In this document: positions 16,962 through 26,928 of the stretch, piece after piece
How positions within the stretch are numbered: position 1 is the stretch's first letter
Layout: the number at the start of each line of letters is the position of its first letter
Source: Burkholderiales bacterium
Lineage (GTDB): Bacteria > Pseudomonadota > Gammaproteobacteria > Burkholderiales > SG8-39
Assembly (NCBI GenBank): GCA_035762345.1
Contig: DASTPE010000079.1
Coordinates: 408 to 64,407 of the forward strand
Reading direction: 5' to 3'
Length of the DNA stretch: 64,000 nucleotides
The notes under the pieces: generated by a model
Database searches by the model: none
The model's input: only the letters and a program-made list of their open reading frames with translations
Told to the model about the DNA's origin: nothing
Translations under genes and position numbers: made by a program

Positions 16962-17818
16962 GACGTCGTTTTCTCCGTGGTTGGGATGGTTCCAAGGCGC
17001 CCGGCGTGGTAGTCGACGAACGCCTGCTGGATTTCCTTCGGGGTGTTCATCACGAACGGACCGTAGCCTGCGACCGGCTCGTCGATCGGCGCGCCGTTCA
17101 TCACGAAGACGATCGCGTCGGTCTCCGCGGTGATTGTTGCCCGGTCGCCTTTGCGCTCGAAAACGGCGAGCTCGCCGGCCGTTACGGCTTCTCCGTTCAC
17201 TGCAATCTTTCCTTCGGGCACGTAGAGCCCCGCGCTGTAACCGTCACGAAGATCGAGCTCAACGGCATTGCCTGCCTTCAGCGTGACAAGCAGGAGGTTG
17301 ATCGGGGTGAAGGTTTGCGCCGGTCCTTTCACGCCGCGAAATTGCCCGGCGATGACGCGCACACCGTCGAGCACCGGGATGTCGCGCGCCGTCAGCGTCT
17401 GGTAGCGCGGCGGGGTCATCTTGAACTTCGCGGGCAGGTTGACCCAGAGCTGCAAGCCGTGGAAGCGGCCGCCACTGCGGGTCATCGCCTCGCTGTGGAA
17501 CTCCTTGTGCAGCAGCCCGGCGCCGGCGGTCATCCACTGGACGTCGCCAGGACCGATGCGGCCGCCGTTGCCCGCGGTGTCCTCGTGCTCGACTTCGCCT
17601 TCGAGGAGCACCGTCACGGTCTCGAAGCCGCGGTGGGGATGCCAGCCCACGCCGCGCGGCTTCTCCGCGGGCCCGAATTCGGCCGGGCCGAAATGATCGA
17701 GCAGCAGGAAAGGCGATAGCTCGGGCTGACGCTGGTAGTCGAGCACCGTGTGGACGGGGAAGCCGTCCCCGACCCAGTGCCCTTCGGGTTTGCGGTAGAT
17801 GCGGGAAATGTTTTTCAT
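16958..17818 (-). CDS. pirin-family protein
   Basis: Trimmed to MKNISRIYRKPEGHWVGDGFP. Pirin metal motif HPHRGFETVT plus the second cupin domain. The upstream 37 codons of the track ORF fall in an AT-rich promoter region. Confidence 0.9.
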   Translation of the reverse strand: MKNISRIYRKPEGHWVGDGFPVHTVLDYQRQPELSPFLLLDHFGPAEFGPAEKPRGVGWHPHRGFETVTVLLEGEVEHEDTAGNGGRIGPGDVQWMTAGAGLLHKEFHSEAMTRSGGRFHGLQLWVNLPAKFKMTPPRYQTLTARDIPVLDGVRVIAGQFRGVKGPAQTFTPINLLLVTLKAGNAVELDLRDGYSAGLYVPEGKIAVNGEAVTAGELAVFERKGDRATITAETDAIVFVMNGAPIDEPVAGYGPFVMNTPKEIQQAFVDYHAGRLGTIPTTEKTTS

Positions 17819-17873
17819 GCCTCGTAATATGAGGGTGCCTTGTATTGGGATAAAGTAGCGTAACAAGAACACA

Positions 17874-17885
17874 TAATCCCTATTA
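17874..17885. promoter_or_regulatory. candidate LysR-type dyad (TAAT-N4-ATTA) in the pirin/lysR divergent region
   Basis: TAATCCCTATTA lies 9 nt upstream of the LysR start, in the only AT-rich stretch between the divergent genes. Confidence 0.3.
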
Positions 17886-17893
17886 GTGGGACA

Positions 17894-18802
17894 ATGGACA
17901 AGCTCGTAGCGATTCGAGTTTTCGCGCAAGTCGTTGAATCAGGAAGTTTTGCCAAGGCGGCGGCCCGCCTCAGCCTGTCTACTTCCGCTACGTCCCGCCA
18001 CGTCGCCGAACTCGAGGCCCATTTGCAAAACCGGCTCCTCAACCGCACGACCCGGCGCGTAAGCCTCACCGAGAGCGGGCGCGCGTTTTACGAGCGCGCG
18101 GTGCAGCTCCTCGCCGATCTCGAGGAAGCCGAGCAGGAAGCCGCGCGCGCCGCAGTGGTGCCACGCGGCACGATCCGCCTCACCACCTCCGTCAATTTCG
18201 GCGTGCGACACCTCGCGCCGGCGATCGCAGAGTTTCTCGCCCGGCACGCGGAAGTGCGCTTCGACGTGTCGCTGTCGGATCGCGTGATCGATCTCATCGA
18301 GGAAGGCTTCGACCTCGCGGTGCGCATCGGCACCGCGGGCTCGGAAAACGTGGTGGCGCGCAAGCTCGGCGAAACGCGACTCGTGCCGTGCGCGTCGCCG
18401 CAGTACCTATCGGCCCATCCCACGCCGAAGACACCCGAGGATCTCGCCGCGCACAATTGCTTTACCTACGAGTACGTCACGCCGCGCAACGTGTGGCGTT
18501 TTCGCGATGCCCCCGGAGCCGAGCGCGCGGTGCGGATCGCCGGCACGCTGCATTCGAACAACGGCGACCTGCTGGCGGAGATCGCAGCGCGCGGCTGCGG
18601 CATCGTGTTCGAGCCGGCTTTCATCGTGGGGCCTGACGTGCGCGCAGGGCGCCTGGTTCCCCTGCTGCAGGAGTTCACGCCTCCACCGGTGCCGATTTAC
18701 GCCGTGTATCCGAGCCGCAAGCACCTCTCGGCCAAGGTGCGCACCTTCGTCGAGTTCCTGGTCGCGCGCTTCGAGCATTCGCAGGACTGGAGCTCGGCAT
18801 GA
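17894..18802 (+). CDS. LysR-family transcriptional regulator
   Basis: N-terminal HTH (FAKAAARLSLSTSATSRHVAELE) and a LysR substrate-binding domain. Divergent from the pirin operon. Confidence 0.92.
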   Translation: MDKLVAIRVFAQVVESGSFAKAAARLSLSTSATSRHVAELEAHLQNRLLNRTTRRVSLTESGRAFYERAVQLLADLEEAEQEAARAAVVPRGTIRLTTSVNFGVRHLAPAIAEFLARHAEVRFDVSLSDRVIDLIEEGFDLAVRIGTAGSENVVARKLGETRLVPCASPQYLSAHPTPKTPEDLAAHNCFTYEYVTPRNVWRFRDAPGAERAVRIAGTLHSNNGDLLAEIAARGCGIVFEPAFIVGPDVRAGRLVPLLQEFTPPPVPIYAVYPSRKHLSAKVRTFVEFLVARFEHSQDWSSA

Positions 18803-19884
18803 AGCGCGCGGGGCTTTTCGTTTTTCTGCTCGTTGTTCTGAGTAGCGTCCATGCCGCCGACTGGGTGATCGCCTCGCTCGCGCCGCGCGCCGACGCGGGC
18901 GGGCGCTTCGAGATCTTGGTCATTGCGCCGCCGGACGCGACGCCGCCCGACGAGTTGCGCGTGCGCATCCAGGCCGACGTCGCCGAGGTCGATCTGGAGT
19001 TCAAGCCGCTCGCGCCCGCCGACGGCGCGCGGCGCACCTACGTCGCGACCATGCCCGCGTTCGCCGCCGGGCCGGTCACGCTGCAGCTTGCCGATTTTCC
19101 GTCCAACACGCTCATGCTCGTCGCCGTGCGCCGCGACGCGCTGCAGACGCTGACCCAGCCGCTCGCCGGCAGCACCGAGCCGCCGCTTTCGGAGAACGAG
19201 CCGATGTACTTCATCGCCGGCTCGCGCGGCCCTACCACCGCGCGTTTTCAGATCTCCTTCAAGTACCGAATGTTCGACGCCACCTCGGGCTTCGGCCAGG
19301 GCCAACCGTGGCTCTCGGGCCTGTATCTGGGCTACACGCAAAACTCGCTGTGGGAGCTGTCGAGCGAGTCGGAGCCCTTCCGCGACACGAGCTACCGGCC
19401 GTCGCTCTTCTGGAAATGGGAGCGCACGAGCGGGACGGCGTTGTTCGACGGAGCGCGCGTGGGGCTCGAGCACGAGTCGAACGGCGACGAGGGCGAGCGC
19501 TCGCGCTCGCTGAATATCGCCTTCGTGCGCCCGGAATGGCAGTGGCGGCTGCGCGGCGGCGCGAGCTTCCAGTTCACGCCGAAGTTCTATGCCTATCTCG
19601 ACAAGGATGAGAACCCCGATATCGACGACTACCGCGGTTACGCCGACTGGCGGGTGCGCTACGACTCGGGCAACCTCTGGATCACCACCGCTGTGGTGCG
19701 CGTGGGCACCTCGGGCAAGGGCAGCTTGCAGCTCGACTTCGCGCGGCGCACGCGCGACTTCAGGTTCGGCGGCGTGAGCGGATACCTGTACGCACAGTAC
19801 TTCAACGGCTACGGCGAGGACATCCTCGATTACAACGTGCGCGGCAGGGCGCAGTTCAGAGTCGGCTTCGCGATCGTGCCCTAG
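18799..19884 (+). CDS. pldA: outer-membrane phospholipase A1
   Basis: Signal peptide. OMPLA catalytic block GLEHESNG and downstream RSLNI, plus the YRPSLFWKWE beta-barrel pattern. ATGA overlap with lysR. Confidence 0.8.
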   Translation: MKRAGLFVFLLVVLSSVHAADWVIASLAPRADAGGRFEILVIAPPDATPPDELRVRIQADVAEVDLEFKPLAPADGARRTYVATMPAFAAGPVTLQLADFPSNTLMLVAVRRDALQTLTQPLAGSTEPPLSENEPMYFIAGSRGPTTARFQISFKYRMFDATSGFGQGQPWLSGLYLGYTQNSLWELSSESEPFRDTSYRPSLFWKWERTSGTALFDGARVGLEHESNGDEGERSRSLNIAFVRPEWQWRLRGGASFQFTPKFYAYLDKDENPDIDDYRGYADWRVRYDSGNLWITTAVVRVGTSGKGSLQLDFARRTRDFRFGGVSGYLYAQYFNGYGEDILDYNVRGRAQFRVGFAIVP

Positions 19885-19887
19885 GAC

Positions 19888-19915
19888 AAAAAATCGGGTC
19901 TGATCCCGATTTTTT
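19888..19915. terminator. bidirectional hairpin terminator between convergent pldA and GNAT genes
   Basis: caAAAAAATCGGGtctgaTCCCGATTTTTTc is a perfect A/T-flanked stem-loop. Confidence 0.55.
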
Positions 19916-20475
19916 CAGGTGTCTTCGGTGCGCGGCGGGCGCCACGTGTACGGCACCGGGCCGGGGGCCCGAAGGACGCGCAGCATGCGCAGAGCGCCTT
20001 CCTTGCGGCCTTCGCCGCTGCGGTAGTAGCCGGGTACGAGTACCGTCTCGTAGAACCCCATCGCACGGTAAAAGCGTCTCGCCGCGTCGTTTCCTGTGCG
20101 CAACTCCAGATGGATGCTCGCCATGCCGGCGACGCGCGCAGAGTCGAGCAGCCAGTCGAGCATCCGCTGGCCGATTCCGAGGCGCCGATGCGACGGACGC
20201 ACCGCCAGCAACACGAGGTGTGCGCGCTCGTCGCCGAACTCCATGATGGCGAACCCAGCGATCGCGGTGCGCGCCGAAGATGCAGTGCCTTTAGCACCTT
20301 CGCACGCGACCACGGCGAGCGTTTCGCGGTCACGCATCGCGCGCAGCACGCGGCCCGCGTCGTACTTCCACCCGAGGCCCGACTCGATGAAGTCGCGGGA
20401 CATCGTCGCAATTGCTTGCGCGTCGCGCGACTCGGCGGGCCGGATGGTGATGGCGCGGGGCGTCATGACAGGCAT
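19915..20475 (-). CDS. GNAT-family N-acetyltransferase (RimI-like)
   Basis: Trimmed to MPVMTPRAITIRPAE. Acetyl-CoA motif VRPSHRRLGIGQRML. The upstream 60 codons are antisense to the sulfatase 5' region. Confidence 0.85.
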   Translation of the reverse strand: MPVMTPRAITIRPAESRDAQAIATMSRDFIESGLGWKYDAGRVLRAMRDRETLAVVACEGAKGTASSARTAIAGFAIMEFGDERAHLVLLAVRPSHRRLGIGQRMLDWLLDSARVAGMASIHLELRTGNDAARRFYRAMGFYETVLVPGYYRSGEGRKEGALRMLRVLRAPGPVPYTWRPPRTEDT

Positions 20476-20481
20476 TGTGCC

Positions 20482-21888
20482 ATGAGAAAATGGCCGCTGT
20501 CCTACGTGAAAACGCGAAAAAGGCCCAATCTCATCGTTGTCCTGGTGGACGACCTGCGGTTCGACGAGACGGGCGCGTCGGGTCATCCCTACATGAGCAC
20601 GCCGAACATCGACCGGCTGGCGCACGAGGGCGCGCGCTTCGCCAACGCATTCCATACCACGCCGCTGTGCTCACCCAACCGCGCCTCGATCGTCACCGGC
20701 CAATACGCCTCGCGCCACGGCATCATCGACAACGTCGGACGCGAGGCGATGAGCCACCGGCTCGCGAACTACCATCTCGAGTTGCAGCGCCTGGGCTACG
20801 AGACCGCGCACATCGGCAAATGGCACATGGGCAATGACGCGGCGCCGCGTCCCGGCTATGACACCTGGATAAGCTTCCGCGGCCAGGGAACGATCACGAA
20901 TCCGGTGTTCTGGGAAAACGGCGGCGAGAAGCAGCTCCGCGGCTACGTCACCGATCTCCTGAGCGAGCGCGCTGCCGAGTTCGTCGCGCGCCGGCGTGCG
21001 AAGCCGTTCGCGCTGTTCCTCGCGCACAAGGCGGTACATCCCGACGTGCAGCAAAAGCAGGACGGCACCATTGATCTCTCGACGATGCAGGGCTATGTGC
21101 TCCCCGCACGCCACGAAAATCTGTATCGCGGTGCAACGTATCCGCCGCGGCCCAACGTGAGACCCATAGCGCAGGTCCTCGAAGACAAGCCCGCCTGGCG
21201 CGAAGTATTCGAGCTTCGCGGCCGGCCCGAGAGCCGTGCGTTCCTCGACGGGCTGCAGAGCGGCACGCAGGAGGAGATCCGCCGGCGCGCAGCGATGTTG
21301 GCTTCGGTGGACGAGGGGATGGGCTTGCTTTTGCGCGAGCTCGACAAGACCGGGGTTCTCGACGACACGCTCATCCTCTTTCTCGGCGACAACGGCTTTT
21401 TCTTCGGCGAGCACGGCCTCGGCGCCGAGCGGCGCTTTGCCTACGAGGAGGGCATTCGCACCGCGTTCTTCGTGCGCTACCCGAAGCTCGCCAAGCCGGG
21501 CAGCGTGATCGAGTCGATGGTGCTCGCGCTCGACATCGCGCCGACCCTGATCGAGCTCGCCGGCGGGAAGCCAGGCCCGCAGATCCAGGGCCGGTCGATC
21601 GTGCCTTTGCTGAAAGGTCCCTCGCGTGACTGGCGCAAGTCCTTTCTGATCGAGTACTACAACGAATCGGCGTGGCCGTGGATCGTCGGCATGAGCTACA
21701 AGGCGGTCCGCACCGAGCGCGCCAAGCTCATTCACTGGGTGCACAAGCTGGGCGTCGACGAGCTCTACGACCTGAAGCGCGATCCGTATGAAATATGCAA
21801 TGTCATCCGCAAACCGGCCTACGGTAAAGTGCGCGCGCGTCTATACACCGAGCTAAAGAAGCTGGTGGGGGAGGCGGTCGGCTTGTAG
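20482..21888 (+). CDS. sulfatase (Cys-type formylglycine arylsulfatase family)
   Basis: Trimmed to MRKWPLSYVKTRKRPNLIVVLVDDLRFDE. FGly motif LCSPNRASIVTG and metal-site DD. No obvious signal peptide. Confidence 0.9.
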   Translation: MRKWPLSYVKTRKRPNLIVVLVDDLRFDETGASGHPYMSTPNIDRLAHEGARFANAFHTTPLCSPNRASIVTGQYASRHGIIDNVGREAMSHRLANYHLELQRLGYETAHIGKWHMGNDAAPRPGYDTWISFRGQGTITNPVFWENGGEKQLRGYVTDLLSERAAEFVARRRAKPFALFLAHKAVHPDVQQKQDGTIDLSTMQGYVLPARHENLYRGATYPPRPNVRPIAQVLEDKPAWREVFELRGRPESRAFLDGLQSGTQEEIRRRAAMLASVDEGMGLLLRELDKTGVLDDTLILFLGDNGFFFGEHGLGAERRFAYEEGIRTAFFVRYPKLAKPGSVIESMVLALDIAPTLIELAGGKPGPQIQGRSIVPLLKGPSRDWRKSFLIEYYNESAWPWIVGMSYKAVRTERAKLIHWVHKLGVDELYDLKRDPYEICNVIRKPAYGKVRARLYTELKKLVGEAVGL

Positions 21889-21911
21889 GCGCAGGAACCA
21901 AGGGGGCGGCA

Positions 21912-23138
21912 ATGAAAAAAGATAATGCGGCGGACCTTTCCAGCGACCTTGCGATAGATCTCTCGGACGAGCTCAAGTCGCACTCCCACGCGCGCGCGGC
22001 GAAAAAGCTCGCGAACCTCCACGGTTCGGTCATCGCCCGGGAGCTCATGCACCTGAGCCCCGGATTCGCGCAGGATGTGCTGGGCGCGCTGCCGACCGGC
22101 GCGCGCGAACGCGCAATCTCGGCGGCGCCCATCGACGTCGCTTCCCAATGGCAGCGCAACGCGATGTACGACCCGGGCACCGTCGGCCGCATGATGGAGC
22201 CGGTGATTGCCGCGTTCCCGCCCGAGAGCCAGGTCGGCGAGGTCATCGAAGAGCTGCGCGAGCTCGTGTCGCGAACGCTCATCACTTATGTCTACGCCGT
22301 GGACGAGGACGGGCATCTGCTTGGCATCGTCACAATGCGCGACCTGCTCTTCAGCACGCCCGACCGCACGCTCGAGGAGGTGATGCTGCGCGGCGCGTTT
22401 GCGCTGCACGCGGCGATGTCGATGGAGGACGCGATGCGGCTCGTGCTCGACCGGCATTATCCGGTCTATCCGGTCGTGGACGCCGAGCGGCGCCTGATCG
22501 GGCTGGTTCGCGGCCAAACCATGTTCGAGGCCCAGGCCTACGAGATCTCGCTGCAGGCTGGCACCATGGTCGGCCTGGAAAAGGAGGAGCGCCTGGCCAC
22601 GCCGTGGATGCGGAGCCTCAAGCTGCGTCACCCGTGGCTACAGCTGAATCTTCTCACCGCGTTCATCGCCGCCGCCGTGGTCGGGCTCTTCCAGGACACG
22701 ATCGACCGGCTCGTGATCTTGGCGCTGTTCCTGCCGGTGCTCGCCGGACAGTCGGGCAATACGGGTTGTCAGGCACTCGCGGTCACGCTGCGCAGCATGA
22801 CGCTCGGTGAGCTCAAGCCCGGGAGCGAGCGTCCGTTGATGGCGAAGGAAACCTGGGTCGGCTGCGTGAACGGGATCGGCGTCGGAATCGCAGCCGCGGT
22901 GGGCATGTACATCACCGCTTCGACCCAGAGCCAGGCCCAGCCGTGGATGCTGGCGCTCGTCGTCTTCCTTGCGATGGTGGCCGCGTGCATGGCGAGCGGC
23001 ATTTCCGGCGCGCTCATCCCGCTTACCTTGAAGCGCTTCGGCTTCGACCCGGCCACCGCCTCGAGCATCTTCCTCACGACCGCGACCGACGTGGTCAGCA
23101 TGGGGCTGCTGCTCGGGCTCGCGACCATACTGGTTTGA
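21912..23138 (+). CDS. mgtE: magnesium transporter MgtE
   Basis: MgtE N-domain, a CBS pair (LITYVYAVDEDGHLLGIVTMRDLL; YPVYPVVDAERRLIGLV) and the TM domain with GQSGNTGCQALAV and DVVSMGLLLGLA. Confidence 0.9.
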   Translation: MKKDNAADLSSDLAIDLSDELKSHSHARAAKKLANLHGSVIARELMHLSPGFAQDVLGALPTGARERAISAAPIDVASQWQRNAMYDPGTVGRMMEPVIAAFPPESQVGEVIEELRELVSRTLITYVYAVDEDGHLLGIVTMRDLLFSTPDRTLEEVMLRGAFALHAAMSMEDAMRLVLDRHYPVYPVVDAERRLIGLVRGQTMFEAQAYEISLQAGTMVGLEKEERLATPWMRSLKLRHPWLQLNLLTAFIAAAVVGLFQDTIDRLVILALFLPVLAGQSGNTGCQALAVTLRSMTLGELKPGSERPLMAKETWVGCVNGIGVGIAAAVGMYITASTQSQAQPWMLALVVFLAMVAACMASGISGALIPLTLKRFGFDPATASSIFLTTATDVVSMGLLLGLATILV

Positions 23139-23142
23139 GAAA

Positions 23143-23157
23143 CGGGGTCTGACCCCG
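23143..23157. terminator. GC hairpin CGGGGtctgaCCCCG after mgtE
   Basis: Perfect 5-bp stem with the same GGGTCTGAYCCC core as the hairpin at 19888-19915. There is no clean T-run, so terminator function is uncertain. Confidence 0.35.
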
Positions 23158-23173
23158 CTCTGACTCCGATTTC

Positions 23174-23326
23174 TTACTTGGGACCCGGGCAGGGCCGGAA
23201 CTCACAGTTCCTCGCCGGATCGCGTCCGACGTAACTGCCGTCGGGGCAGGCTTTCGCTTCCATCGTGCAGAAGACTTCGCTCGGCCTATCCGGCGTGCAT
23301 GCCGCCAGCAGGCAGAGCATGACCAT
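23174..23326 (-). CDS. small Cys-rich lipoprotein (50 aa), missing from the ORF track
   Basis: Hand translation: MVMLCLLAACTPDRPSEVFCTMEAKACPDGSYVGRDPARNCEFRPCPGPK*. Lipobox LLAAC. Contains the CPDGSxVxR...CEFxPCP pattern seen in small secreted proteins. Starts 8 nt after the SDR stop. Confidence 0.45.
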   Translation of the reverse strand: MVMLCLLAACTPDRPSEVFCTMEAKACPDGSYVGRDPARNCEFRPCPGPK

Positions 23327-23333
23327 GCAAAAT

Positions 23334-24032
23334 CTACACATAGATCATCTTGCGCGTCATTCCGCCGTCGACCACGAAGTTCTGCCCGGTGATGAAGCCC
23401 GCGGCCTCGGACAGCAGGAAAGCGACGAGCTCGGCGACATCGTCGTCGCGCCCGACCCGGCCGACCGGGTGCTGGGCGTGGTCCCTGGGGCGCACCGCCT
23501 GATGCGCGATCCAGCCGGGGCTTACGCAGTTCACGCGGACCTTGGGGCCGAAGCTGACCGCGAGCGCATGCGTGAGTCCGACAAGCCCGGCCTTCGCCGC
23601 GACGTAAGGCTCGGTATCGGGCTCCGACTGCAATGCTCGGGTGGATGCGATGTTGACGATCGCACCGCGTGCGCGGCGCAGGTGCGGGGCGGCGTGCTTC
23701 GTCATCAGGAATGCGCCGCTCAGGTTTACGCCGATGCGCCGGTTCCATTCGCGCAGGGGAAGCTTTTCCACCGGGCCCGTATGGGGATTCGCGAGCCCAG
23801 CGTTGTTCACCAGGCCGTCGAGCCGGCCGCAGCGCTTGACCACGGCGCGCACACACGCGCGTACCTGCGGCTCCCTGGAGACGTCGCATTTGACGAAAGG
23901 CAAGCCTTGCCAACGACGATCGGCCGCCTTCACGTCCGCGACCGCGACCTGCCAACCGCGCGCGACGAGAGCGAGCGCGATCGCGTGCCCGATGCCTTGC
24001 GCGCCGCCCGTCACCAAAGCGACTTTGTCCAC
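23334..24032 (-). CDS. short-chain dehydrogenase/reductase (SDR)
   Basis: GTG start preceded by AAGGGAGG. Rossmann motif VTGGAQGIG and catalytic YVAAK. The upstream part of the track ORF has no SDR homology. Confidence 0.88.
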   Translation of the reverse strand: MDKVALVTGGAQGIGHAIALALVARGWQVAVADVKAADRRWQGLPFVKCDVSREPQVRACVRAVVKRCGRLDGLVNNAGLANPHTGPVEKLPLREWNRRIGVNLSGAFLMTKHAAPHLRRARGAIVNIASTRALQSEPDTEPYVAAKAGLVGLTHALAVSFGPKVRVNCVSPGWIAHQAVRPRDHAQHPVGRVGRDDDVAELVAFLLSEAAGFITGQNFVVDGGMTRKMIYV

Positions 24033-24101
24033 GGGAGCCTCCCTTGGCGATTCTATTTGGACTAGACTTGCCCTCGGGGACCGGCTCGCAAGGAGGGCGC
24101 C

Positions 24102-24536
24102 ATGCAAGTGAAGGAGATCCTGCGCGTCAAGGGAAGCCGGCTGGTCGGCATCGACCCGGCAAGCCGGGCGGCGGACGCGGTGGCGACGATGGCAGGCGAA
24201 AACCTCGGCTCGCTCGTGGTCATGGAGCAGGGCCGCATGGTCGGCATGCTGACATTCCACGAGTTGCTGCGCGCTCTCGCCTCGCGCGGCGGCGCGCTCG
24301 GCGAGGTGAAGGTGGCCGAAATCATGCTGCGCAATCCCGTCACCGCAGCGCCCGACATGGAAGTGAACGACCTGCGCCGCACAATGATCGATACCGGCGC
24401 GCGCTACCTGCCGGTGATGCAGGACGGCAGGCTCCTTGGCGTGATCTCGTTCCGCGACGTGGCGAAGGCGGTGCTCGAAGAGCAGGACTTCGAGAACAAG
24501 ATGCTGAAGGGCTACATCAAGAATTGGCCCGCCTGA
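24102..24536 (+). CDS. CBS-domain pair protein
   Basis: 144 aa with two CBS motifs ([22 protein letters not shown]; [19 protein letters not shown]). Confidence 0.85.
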   Translation: MQVKEILRVKGSRLVGIDPASRAADAVATMAGENLGSLVVMEQGRMVGMLTFHELLRALASRGGALGEVKVAEIMLRNPVTAAPDMEVNDLRRTMIDTGARYLPVMQDGRLLGVISFRDVAKAVLEEQDFENKMLKGYIKNWPA

Positions 24537-24553
24537 GCGCCGCCTGAGTCTAT

Positions 24554-25777
24554 TTGAACCGACGTAACGTCCTGCTCGGCGCGGGCGCCGCGCTCGCAGG
24601 TTCCGTTTCGCTCGCCGCGTGGCGCTACTGGCCCGAGCAGGGGTTCTGGAATCCCTGCCACGCGCGGCTGCCGCGCCGGCTGGCCGAGCACGAACTGGTC
24701 CGCGCCGCCTGGGGGGGCATCGACACCGCGCAGTGCTGGGACAGCCACTCGCATCTCATCGGAACCGGAGACTCGGCGAGCGGCATCTTCGTCAATCCGG
24801 CGACCGATAGCCTGCTCAATCCAGGCCAGTACGCGCGCAGGCTGTTTTTCCTGAACGCGGGCTGCGTGCACGACGCCCGACAGAGCATCGATCTCGCGTA
24901 CGTCGAGCGCATGCGCAATCTAATCGACGGCCTCGCGCCGGGGTGCAAGCTTGTCCTCTTTTCCTTCGATCGCGCTCACGACGCGGACGGCGTGCCCGAC
25001 ATCCCCCACACCATGTTCCACATCCCGGATGCGTATGCGCGCGACGTTGCACGCAAGTATCCGGATTATTTCGAGTGGGCGGCATCGATTCATCCCTATC
25101 GCAAGGACGCCATCGCAGCGCTCGAGCAGGCGAAGCGCGACGGCGCGCGCGCGGTGAAGTGGCTGCCCTCGGCGATGGGTATCGATCCCGCATCGCCGAA
25201 ATGCGACCGCTTTTATGAGGCTCTTTCCGGAAGCAACATGCCCTTGATTGCTCATGCGGGCCTCGAGCGAGCAGTGCTCGGGCGCGAAGACCACGACTTC
25301 GGCAACCCGCTGCGGCTGCGCCGCGCGCTCGAGGCCGGGGTGCGCGTGGTGATCGCGCATTGCGCGTCGATAGGCCAGGACCAGGACCTCGACCGCGGCC
25401 CGAACGGCCCTTATGTCGACAGCTTTTCGCTCTTCGTGCGGGTTTTCGAGCGATATCCCTCCTGTTACGGCGATATCTCCGCCATGACGCAGGTGAACCG
25501 CGCCGGCCCGGCGCTCGCGCGCGTGGTCGAGGAGCAGGACTGGCACGCCCGGCTGCTCAACGGCTCGGACTATCCGCTGCCGGGCATCATGCCGATCTTC
25601 TCCGTCGACTACCTGGTCTCGCTTGGAATGATCGACGCCTCGGCCGCGGATGTGCTGCGCGAGATCCGGTTGCACAACCCGCTGCTGTTCGATTTCGTGC
25701 TCAAGCGAAGCCTCAGATCGGGGGGCAAATCACTTGCGGCGCGCGTGTTCGAGACGCGCGGATTTTTCATGAGATGA
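24554..25777 (+). CDS. amidohydrolase-family (TIM-barrel metal hydrolase) protein with Tat-like signal
   Basis: TTG start. [17 protein letters not shown] is a twin-arginine-like leader. The HSH, HP, VIAHC and D..P segments are consistent with the amidohydrolase_2 fold. Confidence 0.75.
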   Translation: MNRRNVLLGAGAALAGSVSLAAWRYWPEQGFWNPCHARLPRRLAEHELVRAAWGGIDTAQCWDSHSHLIGTGDSASGIFVNPATDSLLNPGQYARRLFFLNAGCVHDARQSIDLAYVERMRNLIDGLAPGCKLVLFSFDRAHDADGVPDIPHTMFHIPDAYARDVARKYPDYFEWAASIHPYRKDAIAALEQAKRDGARAVKWLPSAMGIDPASPKCDRFYEALSGSNMPLIAHAGLERAVLGREDHDFGNPLRLRRALEAGVRVVIAHCASIGQDQDLDRGPNGPYVDSFSLFVRVFERYPSCYGDISAMTQVNRAGPALARVVEEQDWHARLLNGSDYPLPGIMPIFSVDYLVSLGMIDASAADVLREIRLHNPLLFDFVLKRSLRSGGKSLAARVFETRGFFMR

Positions 25778-25784
25778 TTTCCCG

Positions 25785-26885
25785 ATGTCGGGCAACAGCT
25801 TCGGCACGCTGTACTGCGTGAGCTCGTTCGGCGAGTCCCATGGACCCGCGTACGGGGGCGTGGTCGACGGCTGCCCGCCAGGTCTTCAATTAAGCAATCA
25901 AGACATCCAAAAAGAGCTCGACCGCCGCAAGCCCGGCTCGTCGCGCCACGTCACGCAGCGCCGCGAGTCCGACGCGGTCGAGATCGTTTCGGGCGTCTAC
26001 GAAGGCCGCACCACCGGCACCGCGATCGGATTCCTGATCCGCAACGAGGACCAGCGCTCGAAGGACTATGCCGCAATCGCCGAAAAGTTTCGCCCCGGCC
26101 ACGCCGATTACACCTACTGGCAGAAGTACGGCGTGCGCGATGCGCGCGGCGGAGGGCGCGCCTCGGCGCGCGAGACCGTGGTGCGCGTCGCGGCCGGCGC
26201 GATTGCGAGGAAATGGTTGCGCGAGCGCTACGGTGTGGTGATCCGCGGCTATCTCGCCCAGCTCGGTGCGATAAGAATTCCGTTCCAGGCCTGGGCGGCG
26301 GTCGACGGCAATCCTTTTTTCTCTCCCAACAACGACGTCCTGAAAACCTTGGAAGCGTTCATGGACGAGCTGCGCGCAAGCGGCGACTCGTGCGGGGCGC
26401 GTATCAACGTCGTCGCGCAGGGCGTGCCGGTAGGATGGGGCGAGCCGGTATACGGGCGGCTCGACGCCGACATCGCCTGGGCGATGATGTCAATCAACGC
26501 GGTCAAGGGGGTCGAGATCGGCGCGGGGTTTGCCGCGATCGAGCAAAAGGGCAGCGAGCATGGCGATGAGATGACCCCCGAAGGGTTCATCGGCAACAAC
26601 AACGGCGGCGTGCTCGGCGGCATCTCCACCGGGCAGGACGTCACCGTGTCGCTCGCACTCAAGCCCACGTCGAGCATCCGTCTGCCACGGCGCACCATCG
26701 ATGTGCGCGGCAATCCGACCACCATAGAAACCACGGGGCGGCACGATCCCTGCGTGGGCATTCGCGCGACCCCGATAGCCGAGGCAATGCTCGCCTGCGT
26801 TCTCATGGATCATGCGCTGCGTCATCGCGCCCAATGCGGCGATGTCACGCCGCCGACGGTAGTAAAGGGGCCTAAAATCAATTAG
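25785..26885 (+). CDS. aroC: chorismate synthase
   Basis: [33 protein letters not shown]..., [10 protein letters not shown] and RHDPCVG are hallmark blocks. Confidence 0.95.
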   Translation: MSGNSFGTLYCVSSFGESHGPAYGGVVDGCPPGLQLSNQDIQKELDRRKPGSSRHVTQRRESDAVEIVSGVYEGRTTGTAIGFLIRNEDQRSKDYAAIAEKFRPGHADYTYWQKYGVRDARGGGRASARETVVRVAAGAIARKWLRERYGVVIRGYLAQLGAIRIPFQAWAAVDGNPFFSPNNDVLKTLEAFMDELRASGDSCGARINVVAQGVPVGWGEPVYGRLDADIAWAMMSINAVKGVEIGAGFAAIEQKGSEHGDEMTPEGFIGNNNGGVLGGISTGQDVTVSLALKPTSSIRLPRRTIDVRGNPTTIETTGRHDPCVGIRATPIAEAMLACVLMDHALRHRAQCGDVTPPTVVKGPKIN

Positions 26886-26928
26886 TATGCCCGCAAAGCT
26901 GGCCACAGAACCCCCAAGAGAGAAGAAC

